The translations under genes and the position numbers were made by a program. Below are positions 31,977 to 47,107 of a DNA stretch of 64,000 bases, in pieces. Origin of the DNA: Escherichia coli. GTDB taxonomy: Bacteria; Pseudomonadota; Gammaproteobacteria; Enterobacterales; Enterobacteriaceae. Each line of letters opens with the position of its first letter. Within the stretch, counting starts at the first letter, position 1. The notes below the pieces were generated by a model, which saw nothing but the letters and a program-made list of their open reading frames with translations, made no database searches and had not been told where the DNA came from. The stretch is from the NCBI RefSeq assembly GCF_003019035.1, contig NZ_CP027447.1; one strand, written 5' to 3'.

Positions 31977-31996
31977 TCAGCGAAACGTTTCGCTGA
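31977..31996. promoter_or_regulatory. rbs operator (RbsR binding site)
   Basis: Perfect 20-bp palindrome tcagcgaaacgtttcgctga directly upstream of rbsD. Confidence 0.85.
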
Positions 31997-32007
31997 TGGA
32001 GAAAAAA

Positions 32008-32427
32008 ATGAAAAAAGGCACCGTTCTTAATTCTGATATTTCATCGGTGATCTCCCGTCTGGGACATACCGATACGCTGGTGGTGTGTGATGCTGGTTTA
32101 CCCATCCCCAAAAGTACAACGCGTATCGATATGGCATTAACCCAGGGGGTACCTTCTTTTATGCAGGTGCTGGGCGTCGTCACAAATGAAATGCAGGTCG
32201 AAGCTGCCATTATCGCGGAAGAGATCAAACAACATAATCCGCAACTCCACGAAACGTTGCTCACTCACCTTGAGCAGCTGCAAAAACACCAGGGAAATAC
32301 CATTGAAATTCGTTACACCACGCATGAACAATTCAAACAACAAACCGCAGAAAGTCAGGCGGTAATTCGCAGCGGAGAATGTTCTCCGTATGCGAATATC
32401 ATTCTCTGTGCTGGCGTGACGTTCTGA
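32008..32427 (+). CDS. rbsD: D-ribose pyranase
   Basis: ORF 31996..32427 trimmed to the ATG at 32008 ([34 protein letters not shown]...); GGAG 7 nt upstream. Confidence 0.93.
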
Positions 32428-32434
32428 GGCCGTC

Positions 32435-33940
32435 ATGGAAGCATTACTTCAGCTTAAAGGCATCGATAAAGCCTTCCCGGGCGTAAAAGCCCTCTCGGGC
32501 GCAGCGTTAAATGTCTATCCGGGCCGCGTGATGGCGCTGGTGGGCGAAAACGGCGCGGGTAAATCTACCATGATGAAAGTGCTTACTGGTATCTATACTC
32601 GCGATGCCGGCACGCTTTTATGGCTGGGGAAAGAAACGACATTTACCGGGCCGAAATCTTCCCAGGAAGCCGGGATTGGGATTATCCACCAGGAACTGAA
32701 CCTGATCCCGCAGTTAACCATTGCCGAAAACATTTTCCTCGGTCGTGAGTTTGTTAATCGCTTTGGCAAAATTGACTGGAAAACCATGTATGCCGAAGCG
32801 GATAAATTGCTGGCTAAACTTAACCTGCGCTTTAAAAGCGACAAGCTGGTGGGCGATCTTTCCATCGGTGACCAGCAAATGGTTGAAATCGCCAAAGTGC
32901 TGAGCTTTGAGTCGAAAGTCATCATTATGGATGAACCGACCGATGCGCTGACCGATACCGAAACCGAATCCTTGTTCCGCGTCATCCGCGAGCTGAAATC
33001 GCAAGGCCGCGGTATTGTCTATATCTCCCACCGCATGAAAGAAATCTTCGAGATTTGCGATGACGTTACCGTTTTTCGTGACGGGCAATTTATTGCTGAG
33101 CGTGAAGTAGCATCACTGACCGAAGATTCGCTGATTGAGATGATGGTGGGTCGCAAGCTGGAAGATCAATATCCGCACCTGGACAAAGCGCCGGGAGATA
33201 TCCGCCTGAAAGTCGATAATCTCTGCGGACCTGGCGTTAACGATGTCTCTTTTACTTTACGCAAAGGCGAAATTCTTGGCGTCTCTGGTTTGATGGGCGC
33301 AGGTCGTACCGAACTGATGAAAGTGCTCTACGGCGCACTGCCGCGCACCAGCGGTTACGTCACCCTGGATGGGCATGAAGTCGTTACCCGTTCACCGCAG
33401 GATGGCCTGGCAAACGGCATTGTGTATATCTCCGAAGACCGTAAACGTGACGGTTTAGTGCTGGGCATGTCAGTAAAAGAGAACATGTCGCTGACAGCGC
33501 TGCGCTACTTCAGCCGCGCTGGCGGCAGTTTGAAGCATGCCGATGAACAGCAGGCAGTAAGTGATTTCATTCGTCTGTTTAATGTGAAAACGCCGTCGAT
33601 GGAACAGGCAATTGGTCTGCTTTCCGGTGGCAATCAGCAAAAAGTGGCGATTGCCCGTGGTCTGATGACACGCCCCAAAGTGTTGATCCTCGATGAGCCT
33701 ACCCGTGGCGTAGATGTCGGCGCGAAAAAAGAGATCTATCAACTGATTAACCAGTTCAAAGCCGATGGCTTGAGCATCATTCTGGTGTCATCGGAGATGC
33801 CAGAAGTATTAGGCATGAGCGATCGCATCATCGTCATGCATGAAGGGCATCTCAGCGGGGAATTTACTCGTGAGCAGGCCACCCAGGAAGTGTTAATGGC
33901 TGCCGCTGTGGGCAAGCTTAATCGCGTGAATCAGGAGTAA
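32435..33940 (+). CDS. rbsA: ribose ABC transporter ATP-binding protein (duplicated ABC domains)
   Basis: 501 aa ORF with two Walker A motifs ([18 protein letters not shown]). Confidence 0.97.
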
Positions 33941-33944
33941 AAAA

Positions 33945-34910
33945 ATGACAACCCAGACTGTCTCTGGTCGCCGTTATTTCACGAAAGCGTGGCTGATGGA
34001 GCAGAAATCGCTTATCGCTCTGCTGGTGCTGATCGCGATTGTCTCGACGTTAAGCCCGAACTTTTTCACCATCAATAACTTATTCAATATTCTCCAGCAA
34101 ACCTCGGTGAACGCCATTATGGCGGTCGGGATGACGCTGGTGATCCTGACGTCGGGCATCGACTTGTCGGTAGGTTCTCTATTGGCGCTGACCGGCGCAG
34201 TTGCTGCATCTATCGTTGGCATTGAAGTCAATGCGCTGGTGGCTGTCGCTGCCGCTCTCGCGTTAGGTGCCGCAATTGGTGCGGTAACCGGGGTGATTGT
34301 AGCGAAAGGTCGCGTCCAGGCCTTTATCGCTACGCTGGTTATGATGCTTTTACTGCGCGGCGTGACCATGGTTTATACCAACGGTAGCCCAGTGAATACT
34401 GGCTTTACTGAGAACGCCGATCTGTTTGGCTGGTTTGGTATTGGTCGTCCGCTGGGCGTACCGACGCCAGTCTGGATCATGGGAATTGTCTTCCTCGCGG
34501 CCTGGTACATGCTGCATCACACGCGTCTGGGGCGTTACATCTACGCGCTGGGCGGCAACGAAGCGGCAACGCGTCTTTCTGGTATCAACGTCAATAAAAT
34601 CAAAATCATCGTCTATTCTCTTTGTGGTCTGCTGGCATCGCTGGCCGGGATCATTGAAGTGGCGCGTCTCTCCTCCGCACAACCCACGGCGGGGACTGGC
34701 TATGAGCTGGATGCTATTGCTGCGGTGGTTCTGGGCGGTACGAGTCTGGCGGGCGGAAAAGGTCGCATTGTTGGGACGTTGATCGGCGCATTAATTCTTG
34801 GCTTCCTTAATAATGGATTGAATTTGTTAGGTGTTTCCTCCTATTACCAGATGATCGTCAAAGCGGTGGTGATTTTGCTGGCGGTGCTGGTAGACAACAA
34901 AAAGCAGTAA
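33945..34910 (+). CDS. rbsC: ribose ABC transporter permease
   Basis: 321 aa hydrophobic ORF. Confidence 0.96.
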   Translation: MTTQTVSGRRYFTKAWLMEQKSLIALLVLIAIVSTLSPNFFTINNLFNILQQTSVNAIMAVGMTLVILTSGIDLSVGSLLALTGAVAASIVGIEVNALVAVAAALALGAAIGAVTGVIVAKGRVQAFIATLVMMLLLRGVTMVYTNGSPVNTGFTENADLFGWFGIGRPLGVPTPVWIMGIVFLAAWYMLHHTRLGRYIYALGGNEAATRLSGINVNKIKIIVYSLCGLLASLAGIIEVARLSSAQPTAGTGYELDAIAAVVLGGTSLAGGKGRIVGTLIGALILGFLNNGLNLLGVSSYYQMIVKAVVILLAVLVDNKKQ

Positions 34911-34934
34911 TAACGACTACAGGACATCTTGAAT

Positions 34935-35825
34935 ATGAACATGAAAAAACTGGCTACCCTGGTTTCCGCTGTTGCGCTAAGCGCCACCGTCAGTGCGAAT
35001 GCGATGGCAAAAGATACCATCGCGCTGGTGGTCTCCACGCTTAACAACCCGTTCTTTGTATCGCTGAAAGATGGCGCGCAGAAAGAGGCGGATAAACTTG
35101 GCTATAACCTGGTGGTGCTGGACTCCCAGAACAACCCGGCGAAAGAGCTGGCGAACGTGCAGGACTTAACCGTTCGCGGCACCAAAATTCTGCTGATTAA
35201 CCCGACCGACTCCGACGCAGTGGGTAATGCTGTGAAGATGGCTAACCAGGCGAACATCCCGGTTATCACTCTTGACCGCCAGGCAACGAAAGGTGAAGTG
35301 GTGAGCCACATTGCTTCTGATAACGTACTGGGCGGCAAAATCGCCGGTGATTACATCGCGAAGAAAGCGGGTGAAGGTGCCAAAGTTATCGAGCTGCAAG
35401 GCATTGCCGGTACATCTGCAGCCCGTGAACGTGGCGAAGGCTTCCAGCAGGCTGTTGCTGCTCACAAGTTTAATGTTCTTGCCAGCCAGCCAGCAGATTT
35501 TGATCGCACTAAAGGTTTGAACGTAATGCAGAACCTGTTGACCGCACATCCGGATGTTCAGGCTGTATTCGCGCAGAATGATGAAATGGCGCTGGGCGCG
35601 CTGCGCGCACTGCAAACTGCCGGTAAATCGGATGTGATGGTCGTCGGATTTGACGGTACACCGGATGGCGAAAAAGCGGTGAATGATGGCAAACTAGCAG
35701 CGACTATCGCTCAGCTACCCGATCAGATTGGCGCGAAAGGCGTCGAAACCGCAGATAAAGTGCTGAAAGGCGAGAAAGTTCAGGCTAAGTATCCGGTTGA
35801 TCTGAAACTGGTTGTTAAGCAGTAG
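34935..35825 (+). CDS. rbsB: periplasmic ribose-binding protein
   Basis: ORF 34929..35825 (TTG) trimmed to the ATG at 34935 ([28 protein letters not shown]...). Confidence 0.95.
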   Translation: MNMKKLATLVSAVALSATVSANAMAKDTIALVVSTLNNPFFVSLKDGAQKEADKLGYNLVVLDSQNNPAKELANVQDLTVRGTKILLINPTDSDAVGNAVKMANQANIPVITLDRQATKGEVVSHIASDNVLGGKIAGDYIAKKAGEGAKVIELQGIAGTSAARERGEGFQQAVAAHKFNVLASQPADFDRTKGLNVMQNLLTAHPDVQAVFAQNDEMALGALRALQTAGKSDVMVVGFDGTPDGEKAVNDGKLAATIAQLPDQIGAKGVETADKVLKGEKVQAKYPVDLKLVVKQ

Positions 35826-35950
35826 TTTTAATCAGGTTGTATGACCTGATGGTGACATAAATACGTCATCGACAGATGAACGTGTAATATAAAGAAAAGC
35901 AGGGCACGCGCCACCCTAACACGGTGGCGCATTTTATGGACATCCCGAAT

Positions 35951-36880
35951 ATGCAAAACGCAGGCAGCCTCGTTGTTCTTGGCAGCATTAATGCTGACCA
36001 CATTCTTAATCTTCAATCTTTTCCTACCCCAGGCGAAACCGTAACCGGTAACCACTATCAGGTTGCATTTGGCGGCAAAGGCGCGAATCAGGCTGTGGCT
36101 GCTGGGCGTAGCGGTGCGAATATCGCGTTTATTGCCTGTACGGGTGATGACAGTATTGGTGAGAGCGTTCGCCAGCAGCTCGCCACTGATAACATCGATA
36201 TTTCTCCGGTCAGCGTGATCAAAGGCGAATCAACAGGTGTGGCGCTGATTTTTGTTAATGGCGAAGGTGAGAATGTCATTGGTATTCATGCCGGCGCTAA
36301 TGCTGCCCTTTCCCCTGCGCTGGTGGAAGCGCAACGTGAGCGTATTGCCAACGCGTCAGCATTATTAATGCAGCTGGAATCACCACTCAAAAGTGTGATG
36401 GCAGCGGCGAAAATCGCCCATCAAAATAAGACTATCGTTGCGCTTAACCCGGCTCCGGCTCGCGAACTTCCTGACGAACTGCTGGCGCTGGTGGACATTA
36501 TTACGCCAAACGAAACGGAAGCAGAAAAGCTCACCGGTATTCGTGTTGAAAATGATGAAGATGCAGCGAAGGCGGCGCAGGTACTGCATGAAAAAGGTAT
36601 CCGTACTGTACTGATTACTTTAGGAAGTCGTGGTGTATGGGCTAGCGTGAATGGTGAAGGTCAGCGCGTTCCTGGATTCCGGGTGCAGGCTGTCGATACC
36701 ATTGCTGCCGGAGATACTTTTAACGGCGCGTTAATCACGGCGTTGCTGGAAGAAAAAACATTGCCAGAGGCGATTCGTTTTGCCCATGCCGCCGCTGCGA
36801 TTGCCGTAACACGTAAAGGCGCACAACCTTCCGTACCGTGGCGTGAAGAGATCGACGCATTTTTAGACAGGCAGAGGTGA
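35951..36880 (+). CDS. rbsK: ribokinase
   Basis: ORF 35924..36880 trimmed to the ATG at 35951 (MQNAGSLVVLGSINADHIL...); PfkB-family motifs. Confidence 0.95.
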   Translation: MQNAGSLVVLGSINADHILNLQSFPTPGETVTGNHYQVAFGGKGANQAVAAGRSGANIAFIACTGDDSIGESVRQQLATDNIDISPVSVIKGESTGVALIFVNGEGENVIGIHAGANAALSPALVEAQRERIANASALLMQLESPLKSVMAAAKIAHQNKTIVALNPAPARELPDELLALVDIITPNETEAEKLTGIRVENDEDAAKAAQVLHEKGIRTVLITLGSRGVWASVNGEGQRVPGFRVQAVDTIAAGDTFNGALITALLEEKTLPEAIRFAHAAAAIAVTRKGAQPSVPWREEIDAFLDRQR

Positions 36881-36883
36881 CGC

Positions 36884-37876
36884 TTGGCTACAATGAAAGA
36901 TGTTGCCCGCCTGGCGGGCGTTTCTACCTCAACAGTTTCTCACGTTATCAATAAAGATCGCTTCGTCAGTGAAGCGATTACTGCCAAAGTTGAAGCGGCG
37001 ATTAAAGAACTCAATTACGCGCCATCAGCTCTGGCGCGTAGCCTCAAACTCAATCAAACACATACCATTGGCATGTTGATCACTGCCAGTACCAATCCTT
37101 TCTATTCAGAACTGGTGCGTGGCGTTGAACGCAGCTGCTTCGAACGCGGTTATAGTCTCGTCCTTTGCAATACCGAAGGCGATGAACAGCGGATGAATCG
37201 CAATCTGGAAACGCTGATGCAAAAACGCGTTGATGGCTTGCTGTTACTGTGCACCGAAACGCATCAGCCTTCGCGTGAAATCATGCAACGTTATCCGACA
37301 GTGCCTACTGTGATGATGGACTGGGCTCCGTTCGATGGCGACAGCGATCTTATTCAGGATAACTCGTTGCTGGGCGGAGACTTAGCAACGCAATATCTGA
37401 TCGATAAAGGTCATACCCGTATCGCCTGTATTACCGGTCCGCTGGATAAAACTCCGGCGCGCCTGCGGTTGGAAGGTTATCGGGCGGCGATGAAACGTGC
37501 GGGTCTCAACATTCCTGATGGCTATGAAGTCACTGGTGATTTTGAATTTAACGGCGGGTTTGACGCCATGCGCCAACTGTTATCACATCCGCTGCGTCCT
37601 CAGGCCGTCTTTACCGGAAATGACGCTATGGCTGTTGGCGTTTACCAGGCGCTGTATCAGGCAGAGTTACAGGTTCCGCAGGATATCGCGGTGATTGGCT
37701 ATGACGATATCGAACTGGCAAGCTTTATGACGCCACCATTAACCACTATCCATCAACCGAAAGATGAACTGGGGGAGCTGGCGATTGATGTACTCATCCA
37801 TCGGATAACCCAACCGACCCTTCAGCAACAACGATTACAACTTACTCCGATTCTGATGGAACGCGGTTCGGCTTAG
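36884..37876 (+). CDS. rbsR: LacI-family ribose operon repressor
   Basis: 330 aa ORF with N-terminal helix-turn-helix ([32 protein letters not shown]...). Confidence 0.96.
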
Positions 37877-39269
37877 ATTTACGCTGTCTTTTGATCAAAT
37901 TATTACCATCGGTTGTTTTCAGAAGCATGAACATTGCTGCTGAAGCAACAGTAATAATGCCCATCGTGATAAACGTATAGTGGAATTGTTCGACAGTCGT
38001 TGTGCCTTCCATCCCTTCATAAACGCGAAGGACGGCCGCACTTACAGCAACGCCTAAACTGATAGACAGTTGCTGCGTGACCGCCAGAACACTGTTACCG
38101 CTGCTGGCGTTGTCATCGGTCAGATCGGCAAGTGTGATGGTATTCATCGCGGTAAATTGCGTCGACATAGCCATCCCTAATATAAACAACGGCAAGATCA
38201 GCATCCATATCGCCATTGCCGGTGATTGCAAAGAGAACTGAGCGATCATTAGCCCAATAATCACCGTGATCCCAACTAACGTATGGCGATAGCCCAGACG
38301 ACGTAAGACTTGGGTAACCATCGATTTTGCAATAATGGAACCTAACGCTGTCGGTGCCATCATACAGCCGGCAATAAACGCCTGATAACCAAATCCTACC
38401 TGTAACATCAATGGCATAAGGAACGGTACACAACCGGTCCCCAGACGGGTTGCAATATTGCCTACGATACCGATCGAGAAAGTGCGGGTTTTAAATAAAT
38501 CTAATGAAATTAATGGGTTTGGCGTGCGTCGTGCATGGAGAATATAGAGAAGCAGTAACCCGATGCTGGTGACAATTACCGTCAAGGCAATCCAACTGGC
38601 GACAATCTTTTCCCCAAATAGCTCTATTCCGCTTGAGAAGAGAACAAGGCTAAGGCCAAACAGCAAAAAGCCAGTGATATCGAATCTGCGTCGTGCGGTG
38701 GTGAAATTGGGCATATGTTTGCGCGCGTAAAGAAGGCCCGCAATACCTATGGGGATATTGATTAAAAATATCCAGTGCCAGGTTGCCCAGGTGACCAGCA
38801 CGCCGCCAAGAACGGGGCCTAAAATTGGCCCCACCAGACCCGGCATGGCGACAAAATTCAATACAGGAAGAAGCTCATTACGAGGATAAGCGCGCAGTAA
38901 GGCCAGCCGAGCAACAGGCATCATCATTGCGCCGCCTATCCCCTGAATAACCCGGAAGACAACCAGCTGTGGTAGCGAGTTAGAAAGTGCGCAGGCCAGA
39001 GAACCCAACGTGAACAGACTCACGGCAAGGGTAAATATGCGACGCGTACCGAAGCGATCGGCTAGCCATCCGCTTACCGGAATAAGCATCGCCACCGTCA
39101 GCGTATAACTGATGATGGCTGATTGCATCGCGAGAGGAGAACGATTAAGGCTATGAGCGATTGCGGGTAAGGCGGTATTCAGAATAGTGGCATCAAGTGC
39201 CTGCATGAAGAAGGCCATCGCCGCGATCCACGGCAAACCCGCCATACTGCGCTTCTTTTTATCGCTCAT
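37842..39269 (-). CDS. hsrA: MFS efflux transporter HsrA (YieO)
   Basis: 475 aa 14-TMS-type MFS ORF; convergent with rbsR with a 35-nt 3' overlap. Confidence 0.9.
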
Positions 39270-39291
39270 TCAATGTCCTGTTATCGGGGTG

Positions 39292-39984
39292 TCACTTATC
39301 AGGTGAGCGTAGCAGCGCCTGACAAGCTTTAAATGCCGCGTCGCCATCGCTTTGGATAATCGCGTCAACAATCGCCTGGTGCAGATCCAGCTTTATCACT
39401 GTGTCGCTGGTAATTGACGTGAAGTAAGTGTGATAAACCGAATGGAATAGCGAGGCGAATGAGGTCAAAAACGGATTGGCGCTCATTTCATAGATATGCT
39501 CATGCCAGGCCATATCGACTTCGATCCAGCGTTCACGGCGAAAGTTCTCTTTTAATGCCGCCATTTCGGCCATTAACGTATTGAGATGCGCCTTCTGTTC
39601 CGCGGTGCCAACCGTTGCTGCCAGTAGGCAAGCTTGCGGCTCCAGACAGATACGCATAACCAGAAAGTGATCGATGACCTGATGAAAGTTCTCTTCTGTC
39701 ATCCACCAGGTAAGCAATTCCTGATCAAGAAAATTCCAGTTTGATTGTGGCATGACCCGGGTACCAATTCGCGGTCGCGGTAAAACCATCCCTTTTGCCG
39801 TTAACGTTTTGACCGCTTCGCGTACCGCTGTACGACTCACTCCAAATTGCTCGCCCAGCTCAATCTCACCAGGCAAAATGGTGCCGGGTTCATATTCACC
39901 TTTTAAGATGCGTTGCGCCAGCTTCTCAGCCAGAACATACGAAAGGTTTTTCTGTGCAGCTAACTGTTGTGCGCTTAAAGGCAT
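39292..39984 (-). CDS. yieP: GntR/FadR-family transcriptional regulator YieP
   Basis: 230 aa ORF with N-terminal winged helix-turn-helix (…GEIELGEQFGVSRTAVREAVKTL…). Confidence 0.9.
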   Translation of the reverse strand: MPLSAQQLAAQKNLSYVLAEKLAQRILKGEYEPGTILPGEIELGEQFGVSRTAVREAVKTLTAKGMVLPRPRIGTRVMPQSNWNFLDQELLTWWMTEENFHQVIDHFLVMRICLEPQACLLAATVGTAEQKAHLNTLMAEMAALKENFRRERWIEVDMAWHEHIYEMSANPFLTSFASLFHSVYHTYFTSITSDTVIKLDLHQAIVDAIIQSDGDAAFKACQALLRSPDK

Positions 39985-40135
39985 TACTAATCTTCCTTTT
40001 TCTTTTTATTCCTCCTTAGTATGCCACCAGGAAGTGTGATTACGGTTGCAAAAAAGGCAAATTGCTTGTTTTATGGCACATTAACGGGGCTTTTGCTGAA
40101 AAAATGCGCGGTCAGAAAATTATTTTAAATTTCCT

Positions 40136-40163
40136 CTTGTCAGGCCGGAATAACTCCCTATAA
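40136..40163 (+). promoter_or_regulatory. rrn P1 promoter (-35 ttgtca, -10 tataat) with upstream AT-rich UP element
   Basis: ttgtca at 40136..40141 and tataat at 40158..40163 with 16-bp spacing; aaaattattttaaatttcct upstream. Confidence 0.85.
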
Positions 40164-40254
40164 TGCGCCACCACTGACACGGAACAACGGCAAACACGCC
40201 GCCGGGTCAGCGGGGTTCTCCTGAGAATCTCAACAGAGAAAAGCAAAAAAATGC

Positions 40255-40282
40255 TTGACTCTGTAGCGGGAAAGCGTATTAT
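40255..40282 (+). promoter_or_regulatory. rrn P2 promoter (-35 ttgact, -10 tattat)
   Basis: ttgact at 40255..40260 and tattat at 40277..40282. Confidence 0.8.
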
Positions 40283-40463
40283 GCACACCCCGCGCCGCTG
40301 AGAAAAAGCGAAGCGGCACTGCTCTTTAACAATTTATCAGACAATCTGTGTGGGCACTCGAAGATACGGATTCTTAACGTCGCAAGACGAAAAATGAATA
40401 CCAAGTCTCAAGAGTGAACACGTAATTCATTACGAAGTTTAATTCTTTGAGCATCAAACTTTT

Positions 40464-42005
<1,542 letters not shown>

Positions 42006-42090
42006 CCTTAAAGAACTGTGCTTTGCAGTGCTCACACAGATTGTCTGATAGAAAGTGAAAAGCAAGGCGTCTTGCGAAGCAGACTGATAC

Positions 42091-42166
42091 GTCCCCTTCG
42101 TCTAGAGGCCCAGGACACCGCCCTTTCACGGCGGTAACAGGGGTTCGAATCCCCTAGGGGACGCCA
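42091..42166 (+). tRNA. gltU: tRNA-Glu (UUC) in the 16S-23S spacer
   Basis: gtccccttcgtctagaggcccaggacaccgccctttcacggcggtaacaggggttcgaatcccctaggggacgcca. Confidence 0.95.
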
Positions 42167-42359
42167 CTTGCTGGTTTGTGAGTGAAAGTCACCTGCCTTA
42201 ATATCTCAAAACTCATCTTCGGGTGATGTTTGAGATATTTGCTCTTTAAAAATCTGGATCAAGCTGAAAATTGAAACACTGAACAACGAGAGTTGTTCGT
42301 GAGTCTCTCAAATTTTCGCAACACGATGATGAATCGAAAGAAACATCTTCGGGTTGTGA

Positions 42360-45264
<2,905 letters not shown>

Positions 45265-45357
45265 ACAACGCCGAAGATGTTTTGGCGGAAGAGAGAAGAT
45301 TTTCAGCCTGATACAGATTAAATTAACCGGCGACAAGCGGGTTAATAAAACAGAATT

Positions 45358-45477
45358 TGCCTGGCGGCCGTAGCGCGGTGGTCCCACCTGACCCCATGCC
45401 GAACTCAGAAGTGAAACGCCGTAGCGCCGATGGTAGTGTGGGGTCTCCCCATGCGAGAGTAGGGAACTGCCAGGCAT
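45358..45477 (+). rRNA. rrfC: 5S ribosomal RNA
   Basis: tgcctggcggccgtagcgcggtggtcccacctgacccc...gggaactgccaggcat, 120 nt. Confidence 0.97.
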
Positions 45478-45529
45478 CAAATTAAGCAGTAAGCCGGTCA
45501 TAAAACCGGTGGTTGTAAAAGAATTCGGT

Positions 45530-45606
45530 GGAGCGGTAGTTCAGTCGGTTAGAATACCTGCCTGTCACGCAGGGGGTCGCGGGTTCGAGTCCCGTCCGTT
45601 CCGCCA
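45530..45606 (+). tRNA. aspT: tRNA-Asp (GUC)
   Basis: ggagcggtagttcagtcggttagaatacctgcctgtcacgcagggggtcgcgggttcgagtcccgtccgttccgcca. Confidence 0.95.
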
Positions 45607-45614
45607 CCCTAATT

Positions 45615-45690
45615 AGGGGCGTAGTTCAATTGGTAGAGCACCGGTCTCCAAAACCGGGTGTTGGGAGTTCGAGTCTCTCCGCCCCTGCCA
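45615..45690 (+). tRNA. trpT: tRNA-Trp (CCA)
   Basis: aggggcgtagttcaattggtagagcaccggtctccaaaaccgggtgttgggagttcgagtctctccgcccctgcca. Confidence 0.95.
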
Positions 45691-45695
45691 GAAAT

Positions 45696-45726
45696 CATCC
45701 TTAGCGAAAGCTAAGGATTTTTTTTA
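45696..45726 (+). terminator. rrn operon rho-independent terminator
   Basis: Stem atccttagc/gctaaggat with gaaa loop, followed by a T-run of 8. Confidence 0.85.
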
Positions 45727-45784
45727 TCTGAAATAACCTCTCCGAAGTAAATCCTTCTACCAGCATCCTTGCCAGCCATTCAGA

Positions 45785-46624
45785 TTAATACACTTCATCC
45801 AGCACGTTAATTTTCAATAGATCGCGAATCAACGCATTTTTATCGCTATTTTGCAGCCATATGGCATAAAGCGGCCGTGAAAGTGTTGTGCTATCGACAA
45901 CGGTATGCAGGCCGCCCTTTTTACGCGCCCAACTGACGGGTAGCCAGGTGCAACCATTAAGCATCGCAATCTGTTGCTGTGCCAGTTCAGCAGAACTGGT
46001 TGTCAGAATGGGAACTTCGTCAGCACCGATCAAACCTGCCTCATGCTGTTGAAAATCTGGCCCCCACTCCAGTCGCAGATAGTTAAGATCTCCCTTTAGT
46101 TTAGAAGGGGCACTGGTATAAAGCGCTAAAGTGAAATACCCCAGCAACTGACTACTAAATTCGTCCATTTTGGGCGCTTCAGTGGTAATAAGAAGATCAA
46201 GCTGGCGTTCATGCAGCTGTTTTACCAGAGACTGTCGTTGGGCAATTCGCGCTTCGAACTGTAAGCCTGTATGGGCATCTTGATTTTGATACAAGCGTCC
46301 CAGCCACTGATTAAGCATACATTCCCACAATGAGGCGCTGGCACCGATAGAAAACTCGTTATGTCGTGAGGTATGCGCCACCTCCTTACGGGCGGCCTGC
46401 CAGGTGCTCATGAGCGTTTCTGCATAAGGCAGTAGTTTTTCACCGGCAGCGGTTAAACGGATATTGTTTCTGTGGCGGGTGAAAAGGTTCACACCCAGTT
46501 GATTTTCCAGTTGTCTGATTCGAAAGCTCACTGCTGACTGGGTCAGATAGAGCGATTCAGCCGCTCGACCAAAGTGACGCGTTCGGCTAACTTCCAGGAA
46601 AGTTTTTAACAATTCCGTATCCAC
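45785..46624 (-). CDS. hdfR: LysR-family transcriptional regulator HdfR
   Basis: 279 aa ORF ([40 protein letters not shown]...). Confidence 0.93.
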
Positions 46625-46742
46625 AGTGCTCTCCGCAAAATTATTTGTCGTTATGATTTAAATGTTTTGTTTTACACTCTGTCAAGCGTAACTAATACTC
46701 CGCGCCATAACTAGCTCGGTCAAAGAATTAGGAGCGTGCAGG

Positions 46743-47081
46743 ATGGCGGAAAGCTTTACGACGACTAATCGATATTTCGACAATAAACATTATCCACGTG
46801 GATTCTCTCGTCATGGTGACTTCACCATCAAAGAGGCACAACTGCTTGAGCGTCATGGTTATGCCTTCAATGAGTTGGATCTTGGCAAACGCGAGCCGGT
46901 TACCGAGGAAGAGAAACTCTTCGTAGCAGTATGCCGTGGCGAACGTGAGCCAGTGACAGAAGCAGAACGCGTGTGGTCCAAGTATATGACGCGTATCAAG
47001 CGTCCAAAACGTTTTCACACCCTTTCCGGCGGTAAACCGCAGGTTGAAGGTGCTGAAGACTACACCGATTCTGACGATTAA
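46743..47081 (+). CDS. yifE: DUF413-family protein YifE (MaoP)
   Basis: 112 aa acidic ORF ([42 protein letters not shown]...). Confidence 0.9.
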   Translation: MAESFTTTNRYFDNKHYPRGFSRHGDFTIKEAQLLERHGYAFNELDLGKREPVTEEEKLFVAVCRGEREPVTEAERVWSKYMTRIKRPKRFHTLSGGKPQVEGAEDYTDSDD

Positions 47082-47082
47082 T

Positions 47083-47107
47083 AAAAAGGGCGAAATGCCC
47101 TTTTTTT
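47083..47107. terminator. bidirectional terminator between convergent yifE and comM
   Basis: aaaaagggcgaaatgcccttttttt: stem gggc/gccc flanked by an A-run and a T-run. Confidence 0.75.

Noticed and set aside
42006-42359. 16S-23S spacer looked shorter than I expected for a tRNA-Glu spacer
   Set aside because: I cannot verify spacer lengths from memory, and E. coli rrn operons are known to vary in spacer length. Not reported as a finding.
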